In this document: positions 17,652 through 28,149 of the stretch, in pieces
Position numbering within the stretch: position 1 is the first letter of the stretch
Layout of the letters: every line of letters begins with the position of its first letter
Assembly (NCBI GenBank): GCA_041670805.1
Contig: JBAXYM010000001.1
Location: forward strand, 29,612 to 93,611
Length of the DNA: 64,000 bases
Direction: 5' to 3'
Source: Patescibacteria group bacterium
Lineage (GTDB): Bacteria; Patescibacteriota; Minisyncoccia; JAHIHE01; JAGLIN01
The notes under the pieces: generated by a model
Told to the model about the DNA's origin: nothing
Seen by the model: only the letters and a program-made list of their open reading frames with translations
The model's database searches: none
Position numbers and translations under genes: made by a program

Positions 17652-18080
17652 ATGGAAAATATGTTGAAATCCGGGAAGGACTTTATTGGGATTGGTGTTT
17701 TTGCTTTAATAAAAAATGGAAAAGGAGAAATACTTTTGACTAAAGCCAAATCCTCAGAAAAGAGGGGGAAAGATTATGAAGGCATTTGGTCAATGTCCGG
17801 CGGAACCTTGGAATTCGGAGAAACATGCGAGGAAGGACTTGAAAGAGAGATTATGGAAGAATTGGGAATTAACATTTCCGATATAAAGTTATTAAATTAT
17901 AACGACTACATCAAAGACGAAAAACATTGGCTGGCTCTTAACTTCTCAGCGCAAACCAAAGAAGAAGCGAGGAATATGGAACTCGAGAAGAATGAAGAAA
18001 TGAAATGGTTTAGTCTTGAAGACATTCCACAGAATGTTTCTCCTTATACAAAGGAATGCTGGGAGATTTTGCTTGCATGA
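17652..18080 (+). CDS. NUDIX hydrolase
   Basis: GGTLEFGETCEEGLEREIMEELG. Confidence 0.9.
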   Translation: MENMLKSGKDFIGIGVFALIKNGKGEILLTKAKSSEKRGKDYEGIWSMSGGTLEFGETCEEGLEREIMEELGINISDIKLLNYNDYIKDEKHWLALNFSAQTKEEARNMELEKNEEMKWFSLEDIPQNVSPYTKECWEILLA

Positions 18081-18129
18081 TTTTGTCTCTAGGCTTGACA
18101 TACGTGATATATTGTGCCATCCTATAAGC

Positions 18130-18695
18130 ATGAGAACTGAGAAGATAGAAATTAAGTTGTTTCATTTGGAGACATACTAAGAAATAGGCTTGAACAACGA
18201 GGAATAGAGCCTAACCGGGAAAATTTGCACAGAGAGAGTGCAAGAATGCTTGAAGAAGGAATACCTCACTCGGAGTCCATTCCTTGGATGATGAGAAATC
18301 TGCCAGACCTTGGTTGGTACAATGGAGTTGTTGCTATCGATGGGATAAGGCATCCTGCTGCGGACGAAAGTATGGAAGAATTGTTCCCTTCTTCTATCCT
18401 GGTCTTCTGCGATTGTCCCGAGAAGGAAATTATACGAAGGGTATGCAAAAGAGATGGAGTTACTGAAAAAGAGGCCAAAAAATTTCTGGGCAATCAAGCT
18501 GAGGAAGATCACAGAGAATATTTCCTGAGAAAGGCGGACTTTATCATCACTCCCGCTACCGATTTAAAAGAAGTGGTAAAACAAATTGGATTGTTATTAA
18601 AATCCAATGGAAATTCACTAGTCATCGGCATTGCAGGAAGAATGGGTGCCGGCAAATCAACATTCGCCAATACTTTGGTGGAATATCTTTCTTAG
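18130..18695 (+). CDS. Circularly permuted NMP/dephospho-CoA-kinase-like P-loop protein; possible frameshift near 18156
   Basis: Frame open from 18156 (VVSFGDILRNRLEQRGIEPNRENL...IDGIRH...RRVCKRD...ADFII) with Walker A GIAGRMGAGKST at the C-terminus; ATG 18130 is in another frame. Confidence 0.6.
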
Positions 18696-18924
18696 GAGGA
18701 AAAATGAAAAACGATTTCAGGTTTAGCGGCTGATCCGGAATAATTTTGGATTAGGAACTAAACCTTATTTTTATTACGTTCAAAATGCTCCGCCCGATCC
18801 CATTATGAGAGGAGGAAAAAATAAGTATTGTTTCTCATTTAAACCTATTCTTGTTACGCTTCGGAACACGCGCGATAACGTCTCTGGATCCAGGTTCTGA
18901 AAAATAGGTTACTTATCTTACGCA

Positions 18925-19072
18925 CATTACTAAGCCGGTAAAAATGAAATATAATGCTTGTCTTGCATAGCTACGGGATTCCGGATATTTCGGAGTACCG
19001 AAATTCCGGAATGACAAATAGAGATTGATTTTATCTTTTGATTTGGCTAAAAGAAGCAATTCAAAATGTGGG
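18925..19072. repeat. Family A palindrome with shared flanks
   Basis: Similar to 11610-11755. Confidence 0.88.
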
Positions 19073-19318
19073 TTTTATTGCAGGAGAAGGAGCTTTGTCT
19101 GTCTGAGCAAAACTAGGATTGCTTACTAAAATATACAGAAATTTAATCGAAAGAACTCCTCGTCCGCTTGCGGCGGGTTCATTAAAAAATATAAAAGTGG
19201 AGCCACTGACAGAAAGCAATAAAAGTGCTAAATTTAGAGTATACACAGTAAGAACAATAGGGCGTTGAATTCCCGCGTTTGTTTTGTGCTTTAAAAGTAA
19301 CAATCTTAACGAATATAA

Positions 19319-22300
19319 ATGCAAAAAATAAATAAGAAGCTTTCTGAAAAACTGTTTGCCGTGATTATGATACCGGGGGTTATTTTTGCGCAAGTAGGGA
19401 TGTCTTGGACGATAAACGATGCGAAAGCAGACGTTGCTTTTTTGAAGACGGCGGGCGATTTAAAATCTATCAGGAGTGATGCGGACGATTCTGCGGCGAA
19501 CGCAGGGGCGCAAAAGTCGGAGTATGTTCCGGGTGAGGTGATTGTGAAATTCAAGTCGGAGCGGATAAATTTGCGGAGCGTTACCGGAGCAAGGAAAGCT
19601 GACGCGTTTGCGAAAAATAAGAGTTTGGACAAGAAGGAGGATTTGGAAAAGGCGAATATTTCCGTTTTGGAAATCAACGATGAGAAAACGGTGGAAGAAA
19701 AAGTGGTGGAGCTGAAAAAGGACCCGAATGTCGAATATGCTCAGCCGAATTTTCAATATCACCTTTCGGCGATAGACACAAACGACACTTATAAAAATAA
19801 TCTCTGGGGTCTGGACAACACGGGGCAAACCGTCAATGGCGTTTCGGGTACTGCGGACGCTGACATCGACGCTCCCGAAGCTTGGGCGGTCAAAGGGAGT
19901 GCAAACGCATCAGTCACGGTTGCCGTCATTGATACCGGAGTGGCTTACAATCATCCTGATCTTATTAACGATATGTGGGACGGTGCCGCTTGCAAAGATG
20001 AAAATGGCGCGAGTCTGGGAGGCTGCAATCACGGTTATGATTTTGGAGATGAAGACAAAACGCCCTTGCCTACCACCAGTTCGCACGGAACTCATGTCGC
20101 AGGGACTATTGCGGCGGAAAAAAATAATGGCGCGGGAATTGTCGGAGTGGCGCCGCAAGCAAAAATAATGGCACTGAAAACTTCTCTGACCACTGATGAG
20201 ATTGTAAAAAGCATCAGCTTTGCGGGGCAAAATGGGGCGAAAGTAATCAATGCAAGCTGGGGAGGAGGCGCAACCGGTTGCAGTGCGGCTATCGACCAGG
20301 CTCTTTATAACGCCATTGACAGTTTCGACGGGCTGTTCATTACGGCAGCGGGAAACAGCGCGCAGAATCACGACGGATCTTCTTATTTCGATTCTCCCGC
20401 CGATTATGGGCATGCGACTTCTTGTTGGGCAGGCTTGGATAATGTCATAAGCGTGGCCGCAACAAATCAAACGGACGCGCTTGCCTCGTTTTCCGACTAT
20501 GGCGCCAACTATATTGATGTCGGCGCACCGGGAGTAAATATTTACAGCACGGTTTCCGGATCTACCGCATCGGGGTCGGCTGATATTACAGGTACCACTG
20601 CGTCCGATGAAACTTTTGAAACTGTCACAGCTCCGTCTCTTCCCAATGGCTGGACCGGTGGAGGAGAGACGAGCAACGGGTGGGGGACTTATGATCTTGG
20701 TGGCGTTTGGGGCAAGGTGTTGTATGGCGATTTGGCAAGGGGCTCTTATGTGAGTAACGCAAATACTTTCGTAACTTCTCCTGCCTACAATCTCAGCTCG
20801 ACCAGAGAAGCGAGCGTTGGCTTTTGGGCGAGATGCGACACGGAATACAGTCTGAATTCCTGGACCGATTATATGGCGCTTGAATATAGCGATGACGATT
20901 TCGCCACTTTTGCGGAAATTGCAAAATGGGACGAGCCTTATCTCGATGAACTGAACTCCGATTCAAATCAGAACGGAAGCGTCAATTACTATCTCAGTTA
21001 TAATATTTCCAATCAATATTTGACCGATGATTTCAAATTTCGTTTCAGATGGAAAACCAATTCTTCCGCCAATAATTTTGATGGTTGCCTAGTGGATGAC
21101 ATAAAGATTACAACATACGCGGACGTAGACGGTTCTGCGGGAGAATATAGCTATTACAACGGCACTTCAATGGCGACGCCGCACGTTGTCGGACTGGCGG
21201 CGCTCATTATGGGATACAAACCAACGCTTACTTATGCGCAAGTAAAAGACTTGATTATGAACACAGGAGACTCGTTGCCCGCGCTCACCGGCAAGACGGT
21301 TACGGGGAAAAGAATCAATGCATTCAACGCTTTATTTTCTTTGCGTTCGGATACTATTGCTCCGATCTTGAGAGAAATGGCGCCGGTGCCTGCGATTTCG
21401 GAAGACACGACTCCCGATTATATTTTCAGTTCGGACGAGGTCGGAGCCGTTACTTACGGCGGAAGCTGCGGCAATGGCAGCATTTCTCAGGCGATTGCCG
21501 GTACGAACACGGCGAACTTCACCTTGAGCGCGGGAACTTACAGCAACTGCGCGATTGTGGTAACAGACAATATGGATAATGCCAGCGCATCACTGAGTAT
21601 TCCTTCATTTACAATCAGCCCCGCAACGACTCTCGGAAAATCCATACTCTTTTTCGGTTTCGGGCAAAGTGCGGGCGTTATCGATGAAACCGAGCATACG
21701 ATAGAATTGACCGTGCCTTACGGAACGGACATCACGGCGCTTTCTCCAACCATAACACTTTCGACCGGAGCGACCGTTTTGCCGGCTTCCGGATCGGCGC
21801 AGAATTTTACGACTTCTCAAATTTACACCGTTACCGCCGGTGAGGATGCATCCTCTCAATCGTACACGGTAAATGTTGTTGTAAGTCCCAATCCGGATAT
21901 TGCTTCCGTAGCCGCGGACAAAGAAGCCCTAACGGAAAGCTTAATTTTGGGAACAAACACAGGTCTAAGCAATATAATCGCGGCGCTGGCAAATCCGCTG
22001 CCTTCTTCGGGCTCAAACGGCTCGGTGATTTCTTGGGCCTCCAACTTGCCTCAAGTCGTTTCAAATATCGGTTCCGTGACAAGACCCGCCTTTGCGACCG
22101 GGGACGCAGAAGTGGTCTTGACTGCGATCCTGACAAAAGGGATTATTACAGACACCAAAAGTTTTACTCTCACAATAAAAGAAGCTCTTAACCCCGCCAA
22201 AGATATTCTCTCGTTTAATTTTACAGGGCTAAGTCCGCAAGTTGTCGGCAGTATCAGCGGCACGAATATATCTCTGACTGTTCCTTACGGCACCGTCGTA

Positions 22301-23428
22301 ACCTCTCTGGTTCCAACCGTTACGATTTCCGAAGGGGCGACGATAAGTCCCGCCAGCGGTGTAGCGCAGAATTTTACAACTTCTCAAGCTTACACAGTCA
22401 CCGCCGCCGACAGTTCAACTAAAATATATACCGTTACCGTGACAATATCCGCAAGTTCTGGCGGCGGAGGTAGCAGCGGTGGAGGTGGTGGAGGAGGAGT
22501 GTCTATTGCCCCTGTTGTCACCAGTGTGTCAGCCGCCGACAAACCGTTGCAAATCAAGTCTTCCCAAGAGGGGACATTGAAGTGGTCTTTGGCTGGACAA
22601 AATGAAATTAAAGTCTCAATCCCGAAAGGCAGCGTAAATTCCACCACAACTTTCAGCGTGGAAAAGGGGAGCCTGCCCGAGAATTATACTCCCGAGAACG
22701 AAACGGATTCTTCTTTGTTCTCTGACCTGGTTTTCAATATCAACGCCGTGGACGGAAACAATATTGCCGTAAAACAATTCAATCAAAATTTGACCGTCCT
22801 GTTGACGGTTCCCGAACTTTTGGAAAATACATCGGGACTCAAAATTTATTATTTCGACGAGACGAACAAAAAATGGTCGCAGATAGAAAATGCGATTTTC
22901 GGAGCGGGCGCAATTACTTTCAAAGTCAATCATCTGACAAAATTCGCCGCGTTCAAAACCGTGCAGACAAACAGCAGCGAGTCGTCTGTCGTTGTTGCGA
23001 ATATTGCGAGCGCAACCACCAACACAACTGCAACCGTATCCGACGGAGACATTGTTCAGAGTAAGAACTCATCCAATCCTTTTGCCGTTTACATCGTTAA
23101 GATCGTAAACGGAAAGAAATATATACGGCACATTGTGAGTCTGGAAATCTTTAATCATTACAAACATCTGAAATGGGAGAACCTGAAACAGCTGGATTCT
23201 CTGGAAGGTTTTTCCTTGTCCGGCTGGGTGCGCGTAAATACCGGCAGCAACGGAACCGCCGGAGCGGGCGACAAAATTTATGAAATCAACGGTGACCAGA
23301 CCAAGCATTGGATAAATATGACCGCCGAACAATTTCTCTCTCACGGCGGATCTGAAAACGCGGTTTATTCCATAAATCAAGGCGAGACGAATCTATACGC
23401 TAACGGAGCGGATGTGCTGTCTTTGTAG
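19319..23428 (+). CDS. Large surface S8 subtilase with Ig-like repeats
   Basis: VAVIDTG, HGTHVAG, AAGN, NGTSMATPHV; repeated LTVPYGT..T.L.PT.T.S.GAT..PASG..QNFTTSQ.YTVTA modules; Gly linker. Confidence 0.93.
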   Translation: MQKINKKLSEKLFAVIMIPGVIFAQVGMSWTINDAKADVAFLKTAGDLKSIRSDADDSAANAGAQKSEYVPGEVIVKFKSERINLRSVTGARKADAFAKNKSLDKKEDLEKANISVLEINDEKTVEEKVVELKKDPNVEYAQPNFQYHLSAIDTNDTYKNNLWGLDNTGQTVNGVSGTADADIDAPEAWAVKGSANASVTVAVIDTGVAYNHPDLINDMWDGAACKDENGASLGGCNHGYDFGDEDKTPLPTTSSHGTHVAGTIAAEKNNGAGIVGVAPQAKIMALKTSLTTDEIVKSISFAGQNGAKVINASWGGGATGCSAAIDQALYNAIDSFDGLFITAAGNSAQNHDGSSYFDSPADYGHATSCWAGLDNVISVAATNQTDALASFSDYGANYIDVGAPGVNIYSTVSGSTASGSADITGTTASDETFETVTAPSLPNGWTGGGETSNGWGTYDLGGVWGKVLYGDLARGSYVSNANTFVTSPAYNLSSTREASVGFWARCDTEYSLNSWTDYMALEYSDDDFATFAEIAKWDEPYLDELNSDSNQNGSVNYYLSYNISNQYLTDDFKFRFRWKTNSSANNFDGCLVDDIKITTYADVDGSAGEYSYYNGTSMATPHVVGLAALIMGYKPTLTYAQVKDLIMNTGDSLPALTGKTVTGKRINAFNALFSLRSDTIAPILREMAPVPAISEDTTPDYIFSSDEVGAVTYGGSCGNGSISQAIAGTNTANFTLSAGTYSNCAIVVTDNMDNASASLSIPSFTISPATTLGKSILFFGFGQSAGVIDETEHTIELTVPYGTDITALSPTITLSTGATVLPASGSAQNFTTSQIYTVTAGEDASSQSYTVNVVVSPNPDIASVAADKEALTESLILGTNTGLSNIIAALANPLPSSGSNGSVISWASNLPQVVSNIGSVTRPAFATGDAEVVLTAILTKGIITDTKSFTLTIKEALNPAKDILSFNFTGLSPQVVGSISGTNISLTVPYGTVVTSLVPTVTISEGATISPASGVAQNFTTSQAYTVTAADSSTKIYTVTVTISASSGGGGSSGGGGGGGVSIAPVVTSVSAADKPLQIKSSQEGTLKWSLAGQNEIKVSIPKGSVNSTTTFSVEKGSLPENYTPENETDSSLFSDLVFNINAVDGNNIAVKQFNQNLTVLLTVPELLENTSGLKIYYFDETNKKWSQIENAIFGAGAITFKVNHLTKFAAFKTVQTNSSESSVVVANIASATTNTTATVSDGDIVQSKNSSNPFAVYIVKIVNGKKYIRHIVSLEIFNHYKHLKWENLKQLDSLEGFSLSGWVRVNTGSNGTAGAGDKIYEINGDQTKHWINMTAEQFLSHGGSENAVYSINQGETNLYANGADVLSL

Positions 23429-23482
23429 ATCCTTATATAGAAAATCAGGGTATGAGTAAAAATAGACGTTATCTTAAGTTGG

Positions 23483-23593
23483 CGGAGTGGCACGGCTTCA
23501 GCCTGCGCCGCTGTCCAAATGCGGGAAGAACAAATGTGTGCAATCGCTCTATTTGCTTGGGACAACCGCGCAGGCTAAAGCCATGCTACTCCG
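23483..23593. repeat. Family C REP doublet
   Basis: CGGAGTGGCACGGCTTCAGCCTGCGC...GCGCAGGCTAAAGCCATGCTACTCCG. Confidence 0.88.
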
Positions 23594-23707
23594 TGTTATA
23601 TTTTTCGGGGATGGAAAAATTAGACAATAAAAAGAAAATAATGTAGACTATATTTAATCGAACATATTTTTTGGAATTTTTGAGATTGAAAAAAATAAAG
23701 AGCATAT

Positions 23708-25039
23708 ATGCAGTTCCACAAAAATTACCAAATCAAAAAAATAAAAGAAATTTGCCTTCTTGTATTGGCACTGTTTTTTGTCACCTTTGCCTTGTCAAAG
23801 CTATCGGAAATGCCGGAACAATTGAAATTGTCGGACGGTGCGGCAATTTCCGAGCAGACTCCGACAGGAAGCTCGATTTGTCATGCGGCATCGGCAAAAA
23901 CACGGACTTCGTCATCTCGCAACACATCTTCAGATAGTAGTGTATCGCAATCCGTAACCGCAAAAGATTCAGGAATTTTCGCTCAGGAAAATTCCCAGGC
24001 GAGCACGATTGCACAGCAATTGGCGGCGACCGTTAAGGCTGAGAATATTATTGATAACGGTTTTGGGATAGCTGCCGGAGGAGAACTTATTTATTGGCAG
24101 CAGGAGGATTTGAATAAATTTTTTCAAGAATTAAATAATTTGGGGGTGACTTGGGTGCGCTGGGATGTCGATTGGCAGACAATCCAGCCCGATAATTCGC
24201 AAAAATATAATTGGGAGGGGGCCGATCGCGTTGCCGCCACTGCCAAAAAATACGGCGTTAAATCGCTTGGAATCGTAACTTACGCGCCGAAATGGGCGAG
24301 CAGGAAATCTTGCCCTGATGACAAGCTGTGTCCTCCCGAGAGTGCCGATGCTTTTGCAGATTTTGCCGGCACTGCCGCGCAAAGATATAAAGGCTTGGTC
24401 GACGATTGGGAAATTTGGAATGAGCCCAATGAGCAAACATACTGGTACCCGTTGCCCGATGCCGCAGACTATACCCAATTGCTAAAAGCCGCCTATGTCA
24501 AAATCAAAGAAGCGAACCCCGATGCGGTTGTGGTTTCCGCGGGGCTGACTGATATGGGCGATGAAGCCGGGGTCAGTATATCGCCGTTGAATTTCGTAAA
24601 CACAATGTACGAGAACGGAGCCAAAGACTATTTTGATATTATGGCCTTGCATCCTTACACCTATCCCGGATACGACTATGGCTGGCCGCAAATCATTGCC
24701 ATTTGGAAAGCTATGGATCAGAACGGCGATAGCGGAAAGAAAATATGGCTCACGGAATACGGCGCTCCCACCGACGGACCGGGCAAGGCGTTTGAAATCG
24801 GAGAGGAGGGATTCTCTTATGGGGAAGATTTTATGAGCGAAGAGGCTCAGAGCCGGATGGCGGAAAGCGTTTTTGCTTTCAGATCCGCAAATCCCGAACG
24901 GATAGGAAATATTTTTTGGTATTCTCTATGCGACAGCAGCGCCGACAAATCCACGCCGGAAAATTTCTTCGGAATATTGCGCTATGACGGCACCAAAAAG
25001 CCGGTTTATCAGACACTAAAGGATCTTTTTGCGAGATAA
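23708..25039 (+). CDS. Membrane-anchored clan GH-A glycoside hydrolase (GH5/GH39-like)
   Basis: WEIWNEP acid/base, ALHPY, IWLTEYG nucleophile; N-terminal TM and Ser-rich linker. Confidence 0.85.
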   Translation: MQFHKNYQIKKIKEICLLVLALFFVTFALSKLSEMPEQLKLSDGAAISEQTPTGSSICHAASAKTRTSSSRNTSSDSSVSQSVTAKDSGIFAQENSQASTIAQQLAATVKAENIIDNGFGIAAGGELIYWQQEDLNKFFQELNNLGVTWVRWDVDWQTIQPDNSQKYNWEGADRVAATAKKYGVKSLGIVTYAPKWASRKSCPDDKLCPPESADAFADFAGTAAQRYKGLVDDWEIWNEPNEQTYWYPLPDAADYTQLLKAAYVKIKEANPDAVVVSAGLTDMGDEAGVSISPLNFVNTMYENGAKDYFDIMALHPYTYPGYDYGWPQIIAIWKAMDQNGDSGKKIWLTEYGAPTDGPGKAFEIGEEGFSYGEDFMSEEAQSRMAESVFAFRSANPERIGNIFWYSLCDSSADKSTPENFFGILRYDGTKKPVYQTLKDLFAR

Positions 25040-25171
25040 TAAATGTTTTTATGCAAGAAAAGCTTGGTGGAATAATACGGGAAAAATTCTAAAAAGCAAA
25101 ATCCAAACGGATAAAATTCGGTAACAATTGCCAATCGGCAACAACCGCAGATCCGCACTTCTAAAACGAAT

Positions 25172-25275
25172 GCCATCGATGCCATCTCTTTGTTAAACGC
25201 ACGAAAGCCGCGCAGCTAGCAAATCGGAGTTTAAAGCATCGATGGTTTTTTTGTTCAGGAAAAACCATCGATGCC
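25172..25275. repeat. CATCGATG palindrome triplet with hairpin
   Basis: GCCATCGATGCC; GCATCGATGGTTTTT...AAAAACCATCGATGC. Confidence 0.7.
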
Positions 25276-25282
25276 GGATAAC

Positions 25283-25511
25283 GGTAAAAACAATCTTTTT
25301 TGTCATTCCGGAATTTCGGTACTCCGAAATATCCGGAATCCCGTAGCTATGCAAAGCAATTATTGCATTTCATTTTTATGAGTGTATTTTGCATTATGGA
25401 TTTCGGATCACACCAGAAATGGTGTGAACCACGCGGGACAAAACGTTCTTACCGTAGTATTTCACACCATCTCTGGTGTGGTCCGGATGCAAAACCAGGT
25501 TTCTGATTGAT
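25283..25511. repeat. Composite A+B repeat, left flank of the glycan locus
   Basis: Family A then family B; direct repeat of 39042-39260. Confidence 0.9.
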
Positions 25512-25608
25512 ACAAATTTTTGCTCGCTTCCTTCCTTGACAAATTCTGCAAAATCTGCTATTCTCCATGGTTAAGTCTTAAGGGATATAACCGGATAAAT
25601 ATCGCACT

Positions 25609-26190
25609 ATGAACGCATCGGATTTGCTGGAAACAGCTTTGTTGCACAATGGAATGACGGTGGGGAAGAACAACACGCTGCGAATGGCGGATGGTTCGGT
25701 TTTATCATACTTGCGAGAGTCTCGTCCGCGCAAGCAAAAGGGCAAGGGCAAGCTTTTATTTCTCTCTCTGTTGATAATGATTACGCTTTGCCTTTCTGCA
25801 AACCGTTTTGCTTCCGGCAGCCAAGCTTGGATTTATCGGCAGATGGACAAAATGCTGTTAATCCCCAGAGGGGAATCGTTTACCGCACTCTATTTTGAAT
25901 ATTACGAGGACCTGCCGACTGCATTTGAAGCTGATGAGGTTGTAAGTTTCACTTTTACAATCAAAAACTCGGAAGGCTACGATAAAGAATATGCTTATGA
26001 CGCATATTTCAAAGACGGAATACATCAGGGGAGCCTTTCCGTGGACAAGGGTAAAGTTTTTATAAAAAACGGAGAGAGCCGGACTATTTCCGAATCATAC
26101 GTTTTCGCTCAAAAATATAAGCAAGAAACCCTGTTTGTTGAACTTCCCGAGAGCGGGCAAAAGATACATTTTGTTTTAAAAAATAATTAA
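25609..26190 (+). CDS. DUF1616-like membrane-anchored protein
   Basis: Single TM then ESFTALYF...FTFTIKNSEG...Y.Y beta-rich domain. Confidence 0.5.
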   Translation: MNASDLLETALLHNGMTVGKNNTLRMADGSVLSYLRESRPRKQKGKGKLLFLSLLIMITLCLSANRFASGSQAWIYRQMDKMLLIPRGESFTALYFEYYEDLPTAFEADEVVSFTFTIKNSEGYDKEYAYDAYFKDGIHQGSLSVDKGKVFIKNGESRTISESYVFAQKYKQETLFVELPESGQKIHFVLKNN

Positions 26191-26197
26191 TAAACAT

Positions 26198-26914
26198 ATG
26201 AAAATCTCATTCATCATCCCCGCGCTCAATGAAGAGGCGGGAATCGAAGCGGTTATAAGGCAGATAGCGACTGCCGGACTGGATGAGGCAGGCTATGAGA
26301 AGGAAATCATCGTCGTGGACAACGGTTCCGAGGACCGTACCGGTGAGATAGCGCGCAGTTGCGGCGCGACGGTCGTAAAAGAATGCAAACAGGGATACGG
26401 CAACGCCTACAAAGCGGGGTTTGCGAAAGCGACCGGCGACATCATTATTACCGGCGATGCGGATATGACCTACCCATTTGACCACTCTCCGGAATTGATA
26501 GAATATCTTTTGACAAATGATTTGGAATTTCTTAACACCAATCGGCTGGAAAAATTGAATCCCGGGCTGGTGGCACATCTCCACGCGCTGGGCACGTTTG
26601 CTCTGACGGTAACAATAAAGCTTTTTTTCAAATGCCCCTTCCGCGACTCGCAGTCGGGAATGTGGATTTTCAAACGCTATATTTTGGATACGATTTCAGT
26701 AGAGTCTCCCGGTATGCCTTTTTCGCAGGAAATCAAGATTGAGGCTTTTACCCGCGGCTTTCGGTGCGCGGAAGTGCCAATCGAATATCGTCCGCGCGTC
26801 GGCGAATCAAAGTTGAACACTTTTCACGACGGATGGGGCGCATTCAAACATCTCTTTCAAAGACGGCTGGCGGCAAATAAAAAAAGAGGGACCGCCAATG
26901 ATAAATCAGCTTAA
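26198..26914 (+). CDS. GT2 glycosyltransferase (DPM-synthase-like)
   Basis: IIPALNEE, VVDNGSEDRT, GDADMTY, DSQSGM, YRPRVGESKL. Confidence 0.92.
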   Translation: MKISFIIPALNEEAGIEAVIRQIATAGLDEAGYEKEIIVVDNGSEDRTGEIARSCGATVVKECKQGYGNAYKAGFAKATGDIIITGDADMTYPFDHSPELIEYLLTNDLEFLNTNRLEKLNPGLVAHLHALGTFALTVTIKLFFKCPFRDSQSGMWIFKRYILDTISVESPGMPFSQEIKIEAFTRGFRCAEVPIEYRPRVGESKLNTFHDGWGAFKHLFQRRLAANKKRGTANDKSA

Positions 26915-26998
26915 ACAAAAAGCAATCCCTTTACACGGAAAATGATATAAATCCGACCGGTTCGAAACAAAATTTTAAGAAATCTCACCGCTAAAATT

Positions 26999-28132
26999 AT
27001 GCCAACACAGAAAAAAATAGCTTTCGTTTATGACGCGATTTTCCCCTATGTTACCGGTGGTGCGGAAAAACGCTTCTTTGAGGTGGGAAAGCGTTTGGCA
27101 GCGGAGGGGTATGACGTGCATCTTTATGGAATGAAATCTTGGGACGGTCCTGACACGATAGCGGAAAGCGGAATGACTTTACACGGAATAATGAAAAAAG
27201 AATCTCTTTACACGGCGGAAGGGAAAAGATCGATCGGAGAAACTCTCCGTTTCGGTTTGGCCGTTTGGCGGTTGCGTAAGGAATCATTCGACGCGATTGA
27301 TTGTTGCAGCTTTCCATATTTTCCGCTTTTTTCTTTGCGATTGGTTACTTGGATAAAAAGAAAACCTCTCTACTGCACTTGGCACGAAGTCTGGGGACGA
27401 GAATATTGGCGTGAATATCTGGGCAAAGCGGGCGTCTTCGGTTATCTGGTGGAGCTTGCGGCGTCCAAAATGCCCGACACCGTCATCTCCGTTTCGGACA
27501 GCACCACGGAAGCGCTTGAAATCGGACTGGGACGGAAAAGCAAAGTCGTTACCATTCCGAACGGCATCGACCTTGAAAAAATTGCGGGGATAAAACCGAG
27601 GGGAGAATCTTCCGACATCATTTTTGCCGGCAGGCTGCTCGCCTACAAGAACGTCGATAAACTGATCGAGGCGCTGGCAATTGTAAAAAAACAATTTCCG
27701 AATATAATCCTCACGATTATCGGCAAAGGACCGGAAGAGGAAAGTTTGAAGCAGCTTGTAAGCGACTTGGGGTTGGAAGCGAATGTTCGTTTTATGGGAT
27801 TTGTCGAAGAAAATAAACTTTTTTCATATATGAAAGCTTCCAAAATGCTGGCGTTGCCGTCAAGCCGCGAAGGCTTTGGCATGGTGGCGTTGGAGGCCAA
27901 AGCTTGCGGCCTGCCGGTATTGACCGTTGATGAACCGCAAAACGCCGCACGCCATCTCGTAAAGAACGGGATTGACGGTGTGATAACGAAAGCCGATCCT
28001 TCCGGCATTGCAAAAGGGATTCTGGATCTTTTGGAAAATGGCGGCGCGGCGGCGAAACAAGATATCGAAAGATACGACTGGCGCAATATAATCGCGGAGA
28101 TTGAAAAAGTATTCAATTTTCAAAAAGAATAA
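26999..28132 (+). CDS. GT4 glycosyltransferase
   Basis: GGAEKR, IPNGID, FAGRL, PSSREGFGMVALEA. Confidence 0.92.
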   Translation: MPTQKKIAFVYDAIFPYVTGGAEKRFFEVGKRLAAEGYDVHLYGMKSWDGPDTIAESGMTLHGIMKKESLYTAEGKRSIGETLRFGLAVWRLRKESFDAIDCCSFPYFPLFSLRLVTWIKRKPLYCTWHEVWGREYWREYLGKAGVFGYLVELAASKMPDTVISVSDSTTEALEIGLGRKSKVVTIPNGIDLEKIAGIKPRGESSDIIFAGRLLAYKNVDKLIEALAIVKKQFPNIILTIIGKGPEEESLKQLVSDLGLEANVRFMGFVEENKLFSYMKASKMLALPSSREGFGMVALEAKACGLPVLTVDEPQNAARHLVKNGIDGVITKADPSGIAKGILDLLENGGAAAKQDIERYDWRNIIAEIEKVFNFQKE

Positions 28133-28149
28133 ATACTTAAGAAAAATAT

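Noticed and set aside
22458-22500. GGC/GGT/GGA-rich tract as a special repeat
   Set aside because: Encodes the Gly/Ser linker of the subtilase.
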